DNA of 63,678 nucleotides, the filler included, from Acidimicrobiia bacterium (lineage in GTDB: Bacteria; Actinomycetota; Acidimicrobiia; Spongiisociales; SHLN01): assembly GCA_041619515.1 (NCBI GenBank). It is 3 parts of 3 records of this genome, joined end to end, with 100 filler letters (N's around TTAATTAATTAA, not from the genome) between each part and the next. Parts side by side here need not be neighbours in the genome. Positions count along the whole stretch, not along the records: positions 44,025 to 63,678 come from JBFKDW010000056.1; 2 more parts are not named here. One strand, given 5' to 3'. How positions within the stretch are numbered: the first letter of the stretch is position 1; each line of letters opens with the position of its first letter. Made by a program: the position numbers and the translations under genes. This document shows, piece by piece, positions 63,529-63,678 of this stretch. The notes under the pieces are model-generated. The model had not been told where the DNA came from, made no database searches, and saw nothing but the letters and a program-made list of their open reading frames with translations.

Positions 63529-63678
63529 CTACATGAGGTTGCCGCGGACGGCGCCGGCGGGGAAGGCCGGGTTGTGGACGTTGACGTAGAAGGCGCCCGG
63601 CGAGGCGGCCAGGGCAGCCGCTTGTTGGGCGGTGATTGTCAACTCACCCGAGGCGACCAGGCCACCCATTCCGTCGTC
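63529..63678 (-). CDS. CHRD-domain protein, C-terminal fragment
   Basis: Manual translation ...PGAFYVNVHNPAFPAGAVRGNLM* matches the CHRD YxNxH...P.GxxRG motif. Confidence 0.8.
   Translation of the reverse strand, partial: DDGMGGLVASGELTITAQQAAALAASPGAFYVNVHNPAFPAGAVRGNLM

Overview
High-GC bacterial DNA, most likely an actinobacterial (Acidimicrobiia-like) genome or MAG. This taxonomy is inferred from F420-dependent enzymes, pervasive leaderless TANNNT promoters and Thr-rich secreted proteins. The window is three contigs joined by artificial N-TTAATTAATTAA-N spacers (22016-22115 and 43925-44024), so neighbourhood arguments hold only within 1-22015, 22116-43924 and 44025-63678. Contig 1 has a truncated hybrid NRPS (C-A[Ser]-T)/type I PKS, a CDP-sugar operon with three C-methyltransferases, moeA, tRNA-Sec, a secreted glycoside-hydrolase-like protein and a caa3-type cytochrome c oxidase operon. 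Contig 2 is mostly housekeeping and metabolic genes (PHP phosphatase, two nitrilase-family amidases, P5C dehydrogenase, YcaQ-like glycosylase, rimO, cinA, ppk2, thpR, a MoxR/DUF58 operon, dGTPase, phnE). Contig 3 has two tandem NAD-IDH-family genes, bcp, a NagZ-like enzyme, rlmN, a lytic transglycosylase, and an HD-GYP locus. Best candidates for undescribed biology: (1) an unannotated 21-34 aa hydrophobic peptide ORF (ending ...ILAGAASFSVG) behind a sigma70-type promoter and a structured leader, directly upstream of two membrane HD-GYP proteins (one near-intact, one degenerate), with a DUF5317 membrane protein and SppA next door, which looks like a peptide-signal/c-di-GMP module; (2) an IDH gene pair with reciprocal, complementary active-site degeneration, suggesting a eukaryote-style catalytic/regulatory heteromer. 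All family assignments come from motif recognition by eye; no searches were run.
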